Below are positions 50,831-61,678 of a DNA stretch of 64,000 bases, one piece after another. Position numbers and translations under genes: made by a program. The notes beneath the pieces were generated by a model. The model had not been told where the DNA came from, made no database searches, and saw nothing but the letters and a program-made list of their open reading frames with translations. Origin of the DNA: Opitutales bacterium (lineage in GTDB: Bacteria > Verrucomicrobiota > Verrucomicrobiia > Opitutales > UBA2987); assembly GCA_965226885.1 (NCBI GenBank), contig CBDDEL010000014.1:128001-192000 (forward strand). Reading direction: 5' to 3'. The first letter of the stretch is position 1; every line of letters starts with the position of its first letter.

Positions 50831-52002
50831 ATGAAAAAGGAGACGCTGGTCAGCCATCAACCCCCGGTGCGGCCGGAGCCCGAAAACGCGCCTTTGGTGG
50901 AGCCGATTCACCGGTCGGTCAAATTTACTTTCCCTTCGGTGGAGGAAATGGCAAAGTTTTTGCGAGGGGACAGGGAGGGCTATTTTTACTCCCGCTATGC
51001 CAATCCCACGCTGCGGCAGTTGGAGTTGCTCCTGTGCCGTTTGCAGGACCGCGATGACGCCCTCGCCACCAGCAGCGGAGTAACGGCCATCACGCTTTGC
51101 CTCCTGTCCTTGCTCAAGCAGGGAGACCATGTGGTGATGTTTGTCGAAACCTATCGGCCGACCCGTTACATCGTGCGCAATCTCCTGGCCAGGTTCGGCG
51201 TAACTAATTCGCTCCTGTCGATCAAAGACCATCGGAGAATTGCTCGCCAACTGGCGCGGAAAAAAACACGGCTCATTATTTTCGAAACTCCCACCAACCC
51301 CATGACCTGGATCGCGGACCTCGATTTCATAATCGGGCAAGCCAAAAAAAACCATGTCCTGACCTTGCTCGACAGCACCTTTGCCGGGTTGCACAACTAT
51401 GGTCAATATGGCATTGATCTCTTTCTGCACAGTCTGACCAAATATGCCTCGGGCCATGGGGACGCTCTGGGCGGGGCCGTTATCGGCAACAAAGAACTCA
51501 TTTCATCCATGCGGCCCGATTATGCCGCCACCGGCGCAGCCCTCACCCCGGATTCCGCTTATTTGATTCTTCGCGGGCTCAAGACGTATTTTTTGCGTTA
51601 TAGCCGTCAATGCGAGAATGCCCAACAAATAGCGGCTTTTCTGGAAGAACACGAACGTGTGGAAAAGGTTTTTTACCCTGGCCTTAAATCACACCCGGAT
51701 CACCAATTGGCCAAAAAGCAAATGCAGGATTTTGGCGGAATCGTGGCTTTTTACCTGTGCGGAAATGAGAGGCAAATGTACGCCTTTATCGATTCTCTGC
51801 GTTTGTTCCGTTTGGCCGCCAGTCTTGGGTCAACCGAGTCGATGGTGACCCCGGGCAAACTGTTTTCGCTTCCGATCTGGAAGCGGAGGAACGGGAACTG
51901 GGCGGTGTAGGAGATACCACCGTGAGGTTTTCCGTGGGCATTGAAGACCCTGACGACCTGATGGCGGATATTGAGCAGGCTTTAGATAAGGCCTTTTCCT
52001 GA
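50831..52002 (+). pseudogene. PLP trans-sulfuration enzyme (cystathionine gamma-synthase/lyase family), frameshift near 51865
   Basis: YSRYANPT, ETPTNP, HSLTKY; the conserved tail RFSVGIEDPDDL lies in another frame ending at 52002. Confidence 0.8.
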
Positions 52003-52725
52003 TTAACCTTTATCCAGGGTAATGTCCATCAAGGCGGCTTTTATTTTGGCGGCCGCTTCCTCCTCGTCCTTGCAATCGAGCTGGGAATAGGGCGGCAACC
52101 GGCCTATGCGCACATCAACCCTTGAAAATGGAATGGGGAAAAAATGTCGGTCCCAGGAATTCAATCGCCATGCGAGGCTGAAATTGGCGGAAATCAAGGC
52201 CATGGGCGTATCGGTTACCCTTGCCAGAAATACGGCGCCGCGCTTGAAATCGTAGAGGGGTCCGCTGGGCCCGTCCGGGCTGATCCCGATGTCCTGGCCG
52301 GATTTCCGGATGGCCAGCAGCTCGCGGGTGGCGGTGATGGAACGGCGGCTGCTGGAGCCGCGAATGGACCGGATGCCCAGGGTTGAGAAAAAGTCGGCCT
52401 CCCATGCGGCCATGCGACTGGGGCTGACCAGCAGATGGATTTTTCGTGGATCGTGAAAACGCCGGAATATTTCCGAAAATATGAAGGAACGGTTGTGCCA
52501 GCCAATGAGCATTTTGGGAATTTCGGTGTTGCGCAGCCAGGCCTCATCCAGCGGATCAATGCGCAGCCTGAGGGTGGCGTGCCAAAGACGGACAAAAAGG
52601 CAGGCAGGCCAAAAGAACAGCAGCCGCCAACCCCGGATACGATAAATATGACCGCTTTTAAAGGGCTGAGCCTCTCCACCCCGGACGGAACCGTCTGATT
52701 GGGCTAACGATTCGCTTTCACTCAT
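52003..52725 (-). CDS. DUF374 / lysophospholipid acyltransferase family protein
   Basis: WHNR, IRGSSSR, SPDGPSGP, SWDR..IPIPFS. Confidence 0.9.
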   Translation of the reverse strand: MSESESLAQSDGSVRGGEAQPFKSGHIYRIRGWRLLFFWPACLFVRLWHATLRLRIDPLDEAWLRNTEIPKMLIGWHNRSFIFSEIFRRFHDPRKIHLLVSPSRMAAWEADFFSTLGIRSIRGSSSRRSITATRELLAIRKSGQDIGISPDGPSGPLYDFKRGAVFLARVTDTPMALISANFSLAWRLNSWDRHFFPIPFSRVDVRIGRLPPYSQLDCKDEEEAAAKIKAALMDITLDKG

Positions 52726-53696
52726 GAATTAAGCCAATTATGATTGGATGTTGCCTTTACAAAATAGGAGTCTGCCCACCAATAGCTGGAAATGAGTGTT
52801 AATTCAATATTTTGAAATCCAACTGATTTAAGGTCGGATTTCCAGTAATCCATGGTCTGCTCGAAGGTAACCCGATTATCATCTTTGTGCAAGTTTCCCA
52901 ATAAAACCGGTATGAGAAATTCTTGTGCCACTACGTCCCTTTCCTCGCCTTCCTCATATTCACTAATGCCTGTTTCGTATTTTTCAAAATAATACCTAAA
53001 ACTGTCCGGCTCGCAGGGAGATGCAAATTCGGGGACGTCGAATTCGGCAAAGACAAAAGTTTTCCCATGCCGGCAAATCCATTCCAGCATCGTTTTGCGC
53101 TCTTCCATCGGTATAGTGTGAATGCTGTAGGTTGCCTGGATGATGTCCCAACGCTCCCTCTCTTCCCGGACAAATTCTTGCAACGGGCCGTTAAATGAGC
53201 GAAAATTTATCTGCCTTTCATCAAGGGCGGCACAGAGGCTGGAAAGCATTTGTTTGGACGGCTTGATGATACTTACCGATTCTACATTAGCTGTCAACGA
53301 AGGCAAAAGCGCGCGACCGTCTCCCGCTCCGATATCGAGCAGTTTCAATCCATTGTTTTGGACGTAAAGCCTGCGCAACAATTTTATCAGATTTTCATAA
53401 AGCTCGATATTTCCCCCGCCCCGTATGAAACGATTGAACCCATTCGGCGTGGCATAAATGGCGTCGCGGTTCGACGACTTTTTTTTGGCAAGATATTTAT
53501 CCAGTTCCGAAGCGACTAGAGATCGCGGATTGGACTCAAGGGCCAGGCCCAAATAATTTCGAGCGGCCTCCAAAAATCCTTCCCAGTAAGACAGGATGGT
53601 CTGGTAACAGTTGTCCAGAAACCCTTCCGCCGGGATTTTTCGGTGGATGGATTCAGGATCCTCAATATAACTTTTCCAGATACTTTCCAATCTCAT
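52722..53696 (-). CDS. Class I SAM-dependent methyltransferase
   Basis: LLDIGAGDG motif I. Confidence 0.8.
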   Translation of the reverse strand: MRLESIWKSYIEDPESIHRKIPAEGFLDNCYQTILSYWEGFLEAARNYLGLALESNPRSLVASELDKYLAKKKSSNRDAIYATPNGFNRFIRGGGNIELYENLIKLLRRLYVQNNGLKLLDIGAGDGRALLPSLTANVESVSIIKPSKQMLSSLCAALDERQINFRSFNGPLQEFVREERERWDIIQATYSIHTIPMEERKTMLEWICRHGKTFVFAEFDVPEFASPCEPDSFRYYFEKYETGISEYEEGEERDVVAQEFLIPVLLGNLHKDDNRVTFEQTMDYWKSDLKSVGFQNIELTLISSYWWADSYFVKATSNHNWLNS

Positions 53697-53773
53697 GCAA
53701 GGAGACTATTTCGGGTTAGGTTGCGTTTCGCATAGACACCAAATTCTTTCCGGAAAGGGAAAGAGGGAGTATC

Positions 53774-54130
53774 TTAAAAAGGCTTCCACAGCGCCAGGTA
53801 GGCGGCGATAAAACCGAGAACCAAAACGCCCCACCACATAGGAAGGGCCAGGGCCGGTTTTCGATTGGCCGCCGCGATCAATCCGCCAAAGGCAATCCAG
53901 ATAACGAGTTTTGCCAGAGCCCAGCCGGGAAATCCGTAGCCCAATTTTGCCAGCAGCCCAAAGCCGCCAATCAAGATCAATATCAGGCCAAGGCCGGATG
54001 TTATGCCCCCCAGTTTCTTCAGCCGAGCGCCCTCCACGCCCAACAAGCTCCGCCCGATCAATCCGCCGAAAGCCAAAAAAATCATCAGCGCCCCTAAGAT
54101 GTGAATCAATTTATAAAAATTTGCGTCCAT
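53774..54130 (-). CDS. Small four-TM hypothetical membrane protein
   Basis: YKLIHILG...GGFGLLAKLG..PGW..AKL pattern. Confidence 0.75.
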   Translation of the reverse strand: MDANFYKLIHILGALMIFLAFGGLIGRSLLGVEGARLKKLGGITSGLGLILILIGGFGLLAKLGYGFPGWALAKLVIWIAFGGLIAAANRKPALALPMWWGVLVLGFIAAYLALWKPF

Positions 54131-54179
54131 AATAAGCTCCGTTTTTTGATTTTAATACAACAGTTTCCAGAAAACCTAA

Positions 54180-55742
54180 CCCGGATATTTCGTAAAAAAA
54201 GTATCGTTGATATGCTTAACTGCTGATATGCAGCAGGATAGATCAATAATTAAAGCAATATCAGCGATGACAAAAGGTAAACAATTAAAGCTACAGTTGA
54301 CAAGGGTAAAAGGCCGCCGTGTGCGGGTTGATTTCAAGGGCGGAGAGGTTACTTCGGATGCCGGACTGCTTTTGATCCGGGAAGTGGATCGGCAGTTGGG
54401 CTTGACCGAACGAGCGGCCCGACAGTTAGTGGACAAACGGCAGAAGGGCAAAGTACGCCATGAGTGGGGATGCTGCGGCAGCGCGTTTACGGGCTGGTGG
54501 CGGGCTATGAGGATTTGAACGACTTTGATACCCTGCGCCACGATCCATTGTTGCAAACGGTAACGGGGCGCATTGAAACGTTGGCCAGCGCGCCGACTTT
54601 GTGTCGTTTTGAAAACGGGCAGGATCGGCGGGCGGCCTTTGCGGTAAACGAGCTGTTGGTCGAACAGTTCATGGGCTCCTTTGCCGAGGAACCCGAAGAG
54701 ATCATCCTGGACTTTGACGCCACCGACAATCCGGTGCACGGGCTCCAGGAGGGACGTTTTTTCCACGGTTATTATGATCATTACTGTTTTCTGCCGCTAT
54801 ATGTTTTTTGCGGTGATCAGCTGCTGGTGGCCTACCTGCGGCCGAGCAAGATCGATGCCAGCAAGCATGCCGGGGCCATCCTCAAATTGCTGGTTAAACG
54901 GATTCGCCAAAGCTGGCCCCGTACGCGGATTATTTGGCGCGCCGACAGTGGATTTTGTCGAGACCGGATACTCTCTTGGTGCGACCGCAACGAAGTTAGT
55001 TACATCGTGGGGATGGCTCGCAATGCACGCTTGCAGCAAGACGCCCAGCAGTTGCAAAAGCAGGCCAAAGAATGGTTCGAACTAAGGGGTAAAAAACAAC
55101 GGTTATTCCAGGACTTCGTCTATGCTGCCGATTCGTGGCGATGGCTGCGGTTGGTCATCCATAAAGCCGAACACACCGCACAGGGGTCCAACCCGCGCTT
55201 CGTGGTGACGAACCTGCCGGGCGATCCCCAGGAGCTTTACGACAAGGTATACTGTGGCCGCGGTGAAATGGAGAACCGAATCAAGGAACAGATGCAATTG
55301 TTCAGCGAGCGCACCAGCGCCCATCAATGGTGGGCCAATCAGTGGCGATTGCTCTTGTCGGCGCTGGCCTACACCTTGATGGAAGCCATGCGCCGGTTAG
55401 CCTTAAAAGGGACGAAGTGGGCGCGGGCCCAATGCCACACCCTGCGGCTCAAATTAATCAAGATCGGAGCGGTCATCGTGCGCAACACCCGAACGATTCA
55501 CTTTCACCTAAGTGAGAGTTATCCTTGGGCCAGTCTTTTCAACCATGCGGCCCGCCGATTGGTGCCAACCTAAAGGGTGCATTGGTGCTGCCCCCGGCAC
55601 TACCGAACCAATGGGGGAAAGGGGGCAGTGTCTCTACACCCTGAAAAACACCTAAAAATCAAGACGATCTGCTCAAAATACAAAGAAATCCATCTCCAAT
55701 AGCAATAACGAGCCAAACTTTACCCTTCATGAAATATCCGGG
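54180..55742 (+). mobile_element. IS1380 type A copy 8 (solitary); transposase frameshifted by a 4-bp deletion at ~54464
   Basis: Both IRs; 4-bp TSD CTAA. Confidence 0.96.
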
Positions 55743-55868
55743 CTAAAGTGTTCACAATCAAAAAAGAATGAGGTGGTTGTGTTTGGCAAATGATTGGCGG
55801 CAGCCGTAAAAAAGGTCCATTGGAGCGGTTTGACATCTGATCGCCTGATTTCTTAAACATTTGCCCCC

Positions 55869-56315
55869 ATGCAACGAGAGGAAGACCGGAAGTTTTTGCG
55901 CCTGGCTCTGGAGGAAGCGCGTAATGGAGTGGATGAGGGCGGCCTGCCCATCGGCGCCGTTCTGGTGCGGAATGGTGCAATTGTGGCCAGGGGACATAAT
56001 CGCCGTGTGCAGGAGGGCGATCCCATTGCCCACGGGGAAATGGATTGCCTGCGGCGGGCCGGAAGGCAGGCTTCCTACAGCGACACGATTCTCTACACCA
56101 CCTTGAGCCCCTGTATGATGTGCAGCGGTGCCATCGTTCAGTTCAAGATACCGCGCGTGGTTATTGGAGAGAATGTCAATTTTGGCGGCAACGAAGCTTT
56201 TCTGGTGTCGCAGGGGGTGGAGGTAGTCCTGCTCAACGATGGGGATTGCATCGGTCTCATGGGGGCATTTATCAAAAATCATCCCGAATTGTGGAATGAA
56301 GACATCGCCGAATGA
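55869..56315 (+). CDS. Cytosine/nucleoside deaminase
   Basis: HGE and SPCMMC zinc motifs, WNEDI tail. Confidence 0.92.
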   Translation: MQREEDRKFLRLALEEARNGVDEGGLPIGAVLVRNGAIVARGHNRRVQEGDPIAHGEMDCLRRAGRQASYSDTILYTTLSPCMMCSGAIVQFKIPRVVIGENVNFGGNEAFLVSQGVEVVLLNDGDCIGLMGAFIKNHPELWNEDIAE

Positions 56316-56386
56316 TATGGGGGCATTTGAGGTAAGCCAACCCCGCCGTCAAGCAGGTTGGCTCATTGGGGTGTGCCAGGTATGTC

Positions 56387-58000
56387 TCAATCCTCGGCAG
56401 TCTTGCGGGATATCCAGGGAGTGATGAAGAACAGGGCTCCCATCACTGCGTAACCCAATGCCCATTGCCAGGCGGGAAACAACTCCGCCCATCCTCGCGG
56501 TCCACCGGATGTGCCGTTTATCAAATCGAGCAGCGGCAGGTTTACGACGGTGTCGCCGGGCGTGTAGCGGTAGGAGTGCATGAGGCCGGCCAGGCAGAAG
56601 ATGGTCCCCACCAGGCTCCAGATGGAGGCCAGCCGAAACCGATGGTCGATCACATAGACGGCGATGACGGAGAGGATGACGGCGGTGTACAAAAATCCCT
56701 GTTCGAGGGCAAACCCGCCCTCCAGGTAGAGATTGTTGGCGTGAAAAGCAGGGAGCATATCGGCTGAAAAAACTCCGCCTTCTCCCCCGTAGCCAACACT
56801 GCGCAGGGTATTCTTGGCCGTTAGAATACCCCAGGCGGACAATCCCGGCAGCATGCCAACGGCTACCGCTATGTAGTGTCTTTTTGGGGTGACTTCGAAC
56901 GATTGCACCACCAGAACGAGCCCGATCCAGATAAAGATGGCGATCCCAGCCTCGATGGGAATGGCCCAGGCGACCAGGGAAAGTGTCCCCGTGAGGCAAA
57001 TCAGGGTGATAAAAATTCCGTTCAGGGTAGAGTAGCCGGCCCGCGCCCCCATTGCTTTCCAGCCGGGATGCCCGATGTAAATCGAGGTTGGAAAGGTCGA
57101 ACCGAAACAGGCCGCCGCCATGGTGCCAAGGCCGTTGACGATGAGGGACGGCTTCTCCGCATAGGCGTCGCCGGCCGCTTCCGCCGACTCGATATTTTGC
57201 AGCGAGGCCAGGCCGCTGATTAGCCCCATGGGCAAAATGATGGATAGGTAGGGCAGCAAATTATTTCCTTTCAGGGCGGTGAACAGTTCTCCCAAAACAG
57301 GGTAGGGCAGGTAAAAACCGGTGTGTTCCAGAGGCTTTTCTCCCAGAGGGGCCACACCCGTCAGCCAGGCCAGGGCGGTTCCCACCGCTACTACAACGAC
57401 CAGCCCCGGTGTGCCTTTGAGAAACTGCACCTTGCCGAAACAAACCAGGAAAACGAGGCCCAGTGTGGGCAGCCCGATTATGGGCAAGGCAAAGAGCTGG
57501 AAAAGAAAACCTAGAGTAAGGAAAGCCAGCCCAACCCCGGACAAAGTGGCGATCATTGCCGCCCGAGGGGTTACCGCACGGATTTTTTTAGCCACGAAAG
57601 CACAGGAAAATTCGATAATCCCGGTGGCGAAACAAGCCACCAGTCCCGCATGCCAGGCCACCCGGTCAGGGTCAGCCGCCCCTTGCGCGATGGCTATCTG
57701 CTTGGCTGGAAGCATGACCAGGAAAACAAAGGCGATCAAACTTATGGTATTGATGCCATAGGGCAGGGCGCAGATATCATTGCGGCCCGTTCTTTTCGCC
57801 AGTTGGAGGGCTTGCCAGGCGTAGAAAAGATTTCCGACTAGAAAAGAAACGGCCACTCCCGGCAAAATTCTCCCGTAAACTATCTCCGCGGAAAAACCCA
57901 GTACGCCATTGAGCAAGCCGAGCAGCAGCAGCAACTGGACAAGGTTGTCGATGGCGATGGCGAAAAATCCATCTATATCTCCTTTGACGAAAGGCTTCAT
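56387..58000 (-). CDS. NCS2/AzgA-like nucleobase permease
   Basis: GDIDGFF, ALPYGINT, NIESAEAAGD, YIGHPGWKAMGARAGYS; multi-TM. Confidence 0.88.
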   Translation of the reverse strand: MKPFVKGDIDGFFAIAIDNLVQLLLLLGLLNGVLGFSAEIVYGRILPGVAVSFLVGNLFYAWQALQLAKRTGRNDICALPYGINTISLIAFVFLVMLPAKQIAIAQGAADPDRVAWHAGLVACFATGIIEFSCAFVAKKIRAVTPRAAMIATLSGVGLAFLTLGFLFQLFALPIIGLPTLGLVFLVCFGKVQFLKGTPGLVVVVAVGTALAWLTGVAPLGEKPLEHTGFYLPYPVLGELFTALKGNNLLPYLSIILPMGLISGLASLQNIESAEAAGDAYAEKPSLIVNGLGTMAAACFGSTFPTSIYIGHPGWKAMGARAGYSTLNGIFITLICLTGTLSLVAWAIPIEAGIAIFIWIGLVLVVQSFEVTPKRHYIAVAVGMLPGLSAWGILTAKNTLRSVGYGGEGGVFSADMLPAFHANNLYLEGGFALEQGFLYTAVILSVIAVYVIDHRFRLASIWSLVGTIFCLAGLMHSYRYTPGDTVVNLPLLDLINGTSGGPRGWAELFPAWQWALGYAVMGALFFITPWISRKTAED

Positions 58001-58088
58001 GGTAATGTTGGCCCGTAGAATGCCTATTATCCTATCCTTGGCAAGGTATTCAAACGCCTTGCCAAGATACCGGAAATGCCTCTAAGAT

Positions 58089-59768
58089 GTGAGTCACACT
58101 GATGGAGGCACTTTCATTGCCCTCCGTATCCCAACCACCTGCCTACTGATGAATAAAATGAAATTCCTATTCCTGAAAGAGACTGTAAATGGAGTCCAGA
58201 TACCTGGAACCCTTCTTTTTGCCACCTTAACGATTGTTGGTCTTGGTCTGAATCAATCTTATGGCCAGGGAGAGGCCGATCCCGTAAGGTTCTCCACCTA
58301 CAATGCCTCCCTCAATCGAAGCTCAGACGGGAGACTTGTCACCGATCTGTCCGATGCCGATGATTCACAGGCCAAGAGGGTGGCGGAAATCATTCAGCGG
58401 GTTAATCCAGATGTTCTACTCATCAATGAATTTGATTTCGTGGTGAATAATGAGGCAGTTGACCTTTTCAGGACCAACTATCTGGAAATGACACAGGCTG
58501 CCGGTGTTTCGACCATCACTTTTCCCTACAGTTTTGTGGCCGAGTCCAATACCGGCATATCTTCCGGTTTCGATCTCAATAATAACGGCACTGCCGTTAC
58601 CACACCGGGATCTTTTAGCTATGCGGATGATTCCTTCGGGTTTGGAGTTTTCCCCGGCCAATACGGCATGGTCCTGTATTCTAAATACCCGATTGTCGTT
58701 GAGGATATTCGCACCTTCCAAAAGTTTCTCTGGAAGGATATGCCGAATGCTCTTTTACCGGACGATTCCGGCACGCCCGAAGCGGGCGATTATTACTCCA
58801 CCGAAGAACTGGAGGTTTTTCGCCTCTCTTCCAAGAGTCATTGGGATGTCCCCATCGAAATCGACGGCCAGGTCGTCCATGTTCTGGTCAGCCATCCTAC
58901 GCCTCCGGTTTTCGATGATGATGAGATAGACCACAATGGCCGGCGCAACCACGACGAAATTCGTTTCTGGGCCGATTATGTGACCCCTGGAGCAGACGAC
59001 TATATTTATGACGACGAAGGGGCAATCGAAGGACTCGGAGAAGACAAAAGATTCGTCATCATGGGAGACCAGAATGCCGACCCGAACGATGGCGAGAGCA
59101 CCGGAGATCCTATCCAGTTGCTGTTGGATAACAGCAATATTGACACTTCAATAGAGCCCACCAGCTTGGGCGGTACTCAGGCGGCCCTGTCTCAGGGAGG
59201 CGTCAATGATAGCCATACCGGCCCTTCAGCCCTCGACACTGCCGATTTTTCCGATAATTCCAATGACAGCCCGGGTAACCTGCGGGCCGATTATGTCCTG
59301 CCTTCCGTCTTTGGATTTAGCATCATTGAGGCGGGTGTATTCTGGCCATTGAGTAGCGAGGGCACATTTTCCCTCATCAGCGCATCCGATCACCGTTTAG
59401 TATATGTCGATCTTGAAAGTGTGCCCCCCGACCCCGTCCCCGATGTCCTCGGGGGTCTGCCCATTGATGGCTTTCCCGGCTGGCATGGCTCGCCCTGGTA
59501 TAAGAACTACAACAACGAAATGTGGCCCTGGATTTACCATGACGAACACGGTTGGCAATGGGTTGACGACGGTAGCACAATTGACATCATTTTTTTGTGG
59601 GATTTGGGCCTGGGGGAATGGATTTTCCTCAATGAACAGACCTACCGATGGCTTTATTTATTCAGCCAAAACTTCGGCTGGATATTTACCTTTGAAAATA
59701 ATACAGCGGGCAGCCGTTTCTTCCAGCGTTTCGACGACGGATCGATCTTCAGCATTCCGCCCGGCTGA
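58089..59768 (+). CDS. Secreted endonuclease/exonuclease/phosphatase family protein with a Trp-rich C-terminal domain; start may be ~58148
   Basis: TYNASL, LINEFD, SHPTPP, GDQNAD, RADYVLPS, SDHRLV. Confidence 0.9.
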   Translation: MSHTDGGTFIALRIPTTCLLMNKMKFLFLKETVNGVQIPGTLLFATLTIVGLGLNQSYGQGEADPVRFSTYNASLNRSSDGRLVTDLSDADDSQAKRVAEIIQRVNPDVLLINEFDFVVNNEAVDLFRTNYLEMTQAAGVSTITFPYSFVAESNTGISSGFDLNNNGTAVTTPGSFSYADDSFGFGVFPGQYGMVLYSKYPIVVEDIRTFQKFLWKDMPNALLPDDSGTPEAGDYYSTEELEVFRLSSKSHWDVPIEIDGQVVHVLVSHPTPPVFDDDEIDHNGRRNHDEIRFWADYVTPGADDYIYDDEGAIEGLGEDKRFVIMGDQNADPNDGESTGDPIQLLLDNSNIDTSIEPTSLGGTQAALSQGGVNDSHTGPSALDTADFSDNSNDSPGNLRADYVLPSVFGFSIIEAGVFWPLSSEGTFSLISASDHRLVYVDLESVPPDPVPDVLGGLPIDGFPGWHGSPWYKNYNNEMWPWIYHDEHGWQWVDDGSTIDIIFLWDLGLGEWIFLNEQTYRWLYLFSQNFGWIFTFENNTAGSRFFQRFDDGSIFSIPPG

Positions 59769-59818
59769 CCTTTTTTTCTCTACCATGAACTTATATTAGG
59801 ACTGAGAAACAAAGCGTT

Positions 59819-60151
59819 ATGGACAATGAGAAGTTGGAAATATTCAGAATTCTGGTTGAGGCAAGGATCACGGAGATTAATGAAAAACTGGGAATGGGTG
59901 ATGCCGACACCCAACCCATCGCTCCCGATGTAGCCATAGGTCGTTTATCGCGATTGGATTCCATGCAGATGCAGCAAATGGCGCTCAATGCCAAACGCCG
60001 CCTGAAAACGGAATTGCAGAAATTACAAAACGCTTTGGCGCGTATTGATAAGAAAACCTACGGCAATTGCGGCCTATGCCGAAAAGAAATCGCCGAAGCG
60101 CGGCTAGAGGCTCAACTGGATGCCGGCCTCTGCATCCATTGCGCCAGGTGA
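59819..60151 (+). CDS. TraR/DksA C4-type zinc-finger protein
   Basis: GRLSRLDSMQ, YGNCGLC..I...RL...LCIHC. Confidence 0.9.
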   Translation: MDNEKLEIFRILVEARITEINEKLGMGDADTQPIAPDVAIGRLSRLDSMQMQQMALNAKRRLKTELQKLQNALARIDKKTYGNCGLCRKEIAEARLEAQLDAGLCIHCAR

Positions 60152-60168
60152 GGCCACTTTACTTTTTT

Positions 60169-60495
60169 TTAAAGGTGCGGTGAAATCTTTTCGAGCAGGT
60201 CTTCCTTGCCTCGCAGGCCTATGATTTGTTCGACCATTTTTCCGTCCTTGAAAAGGAGGAGGGTGGGAATCGACTGGATGCCGTATTCTTTGGCCAGATC
60301 GAAGTTTTGATCGATGTCCACCTTGGACACTTGCAGTTGGCCGGTCAGTTCCCCTGCCAGTTCTTCCAGGATTGGCGCCATTTGTTTGCAGGGACCGCAC
60401 CATTGGGCCCAGAAGTCTACCAGGACCGGTGTGGAGGCAGTCTTAATGGAGTCATTGAAAGTTTCCGTATTTAAATCGAGCAGGGTTTCAGACAT
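60169..60495 (-). CDS. trxA: Thioredoxin
   Basis: WCGPC, SIPTL. Confidence 0.97.
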   Translation of the reverse strand: MSETLLDLNTETFNDSIKTASTPVLVDFWAQWCGPCKQMAPILEELAGELTGQLQVSKVDIDQNFDLAKEYGIQSIPTLLLFKDGKMVEQIIGLRGKEDLLEKISPHL

Positions 60496-60563
60496 AATTT
60501 TTAGACTGTTTAAAGGTTAGACGGGCAAGTTAATGAATGAAAGGGCAGCCAGGAATCTTTTTC

Positions 60564-60812
60564 TCAGGATTTTGGATCGTTTTTGGACAGCAGGTCTGAG
60601 AGCTCCCTGGCCTCGACATCTTCCAGCTCTTTGCCGCGATCTTTTAGGTTTTCAAAAGTTTTCACAACGGTTTCTGTCATGCGTTCGTGAGTCTCCTCGG
60701 AACCGCCCACGATAGAAAATTTTTCCGCCGCGGTAATACGTTTATGCCCATCCTTATTGTCAAGGCCGATTCCCAGCAGGCGTTGTTCCTGTTTTGGCGA
60801 TTTATTGTTCAC
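60564..60812 (-). CDS. Conserved-looking hypothetical protein
   Basis: LLGIGLDNKDGHKRIT...GGSEETHERMTE; lies between scpA and trxA; GTG start inferred. Confidence 0.7.
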   Translation of the reverse strand: MNNKSPKQEQRLLGIGLDNKDGHKRITAAEKFSIVGGSEETHERMTETVVKTFENLKDRGKELEDVEARELSDLLSKNDPKS

Positions 60813-60855
60813 GCTTTGAAGAAGTGTTGGTTTTGCCGTAAATATCAAGACGGAA

Positions 60856-61674
60856 TTACGTTGACCTGCTATTTTCATTCATTTTTTCCGATTCCTCATC
60901 GACATCCAGTTCGGCTTCCGGTTCCTCGTGTGCGGTGCACAGGACATCCTCGAATTCCCCTCGCTGCTGCACGTCCAGTTTTCTCAACCGCACCAGTTCG
61001 AGAACGGCCAGCAAGGTGGCCACAAAGTAATTGAGATTGTAAGTCTCTTTTGTGAAAAGGCTCGAAAATAGAAACTCCCGACGCTTCTTAAGGACATCGA
61101 GGAGGTCTTCCATGCGGTCGGAAACGGTCACCGTTTCACCATGTATTTCGCCGACCACGATTTTATCGGCCAACCGTCGCAGGACCTGATTGAAGACGTT
61201 CCAAACTTCTATCTTGTCGGTCGGTTTCATCTCGCGGGGCACTTTATCTTCCTTGGCCAGTTTGCATTGACGTGGAAGAAATTTCTGCGCCTCCGCCATC
61301 AAATCGTTGATTTTAAAGGAGGCTTCCTTGAATTTACGGTATTCGAGGAGTTGCTGGACCAATTCCCAGCGGGGATCGATTTCTTCCTCTTCTTCCAGAG
61401 CGCCTTCCAGCGGCTGTTCATTTTTGGGCAGCAGCATGCGGCTTTTAATGTGCATCAAGGTGGCCGCCATGACAAAAAATTCCCCGGCCACTTCCAGGCT
61501 CAGTTTTTCCATCTGATCCAGGATTTCGATGTACTGGCGGGTGACCGTTTTGATCGGAATATCGTAAATCTCGATTTCATTTTTACGGATGAGGTAGAGA
61601 AGGAGATCGAGTGGACCTTCGAAAAGAGCGAGTTTCACCGGGTGTTCCAAAGGTTGGGTAAAGGCTTCGGCCAT
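60856..61674 (-). CDS. scpA: Segregation and condensation protein A
   Basis: FEGPLDLLL, EFFVMAATL..IKSRMLLP, LAVLEL. Confidence 0.95.
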   Translation of the reverse strand: MAEAFTQPLEHPVKLALFEGPLDLLLYLIRKNEIEIYDIPIKTVTRQYIEILDQMEKLSLEVAGEFFVMAATLMHIKSRMLLPKNEQPLEGALEEEEEIDPRWELVQQLLEYRKFKEASFKINDLMAEAQKFLPRQCKLAKEDKVPREMKPTDKIEVWNVFNQVLRRLADKIVVGEIHGETVTVSDRMEDLLDVLKKRREFLFSSLFTKETYNLNYFVATLLAVLELVRLRKLDVQQRGEFEDVLCTAHEEPEAELDVDEESEKMNENSRST

Positions 61675-61678
61675 GATA

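Noticed and set aside
53255..53275. Lys in place of the expected acidic motif-II residue (IIKPS) of the methyltransferase
   Set aside because: A single substitution that cannot be evaluated without an alignment.
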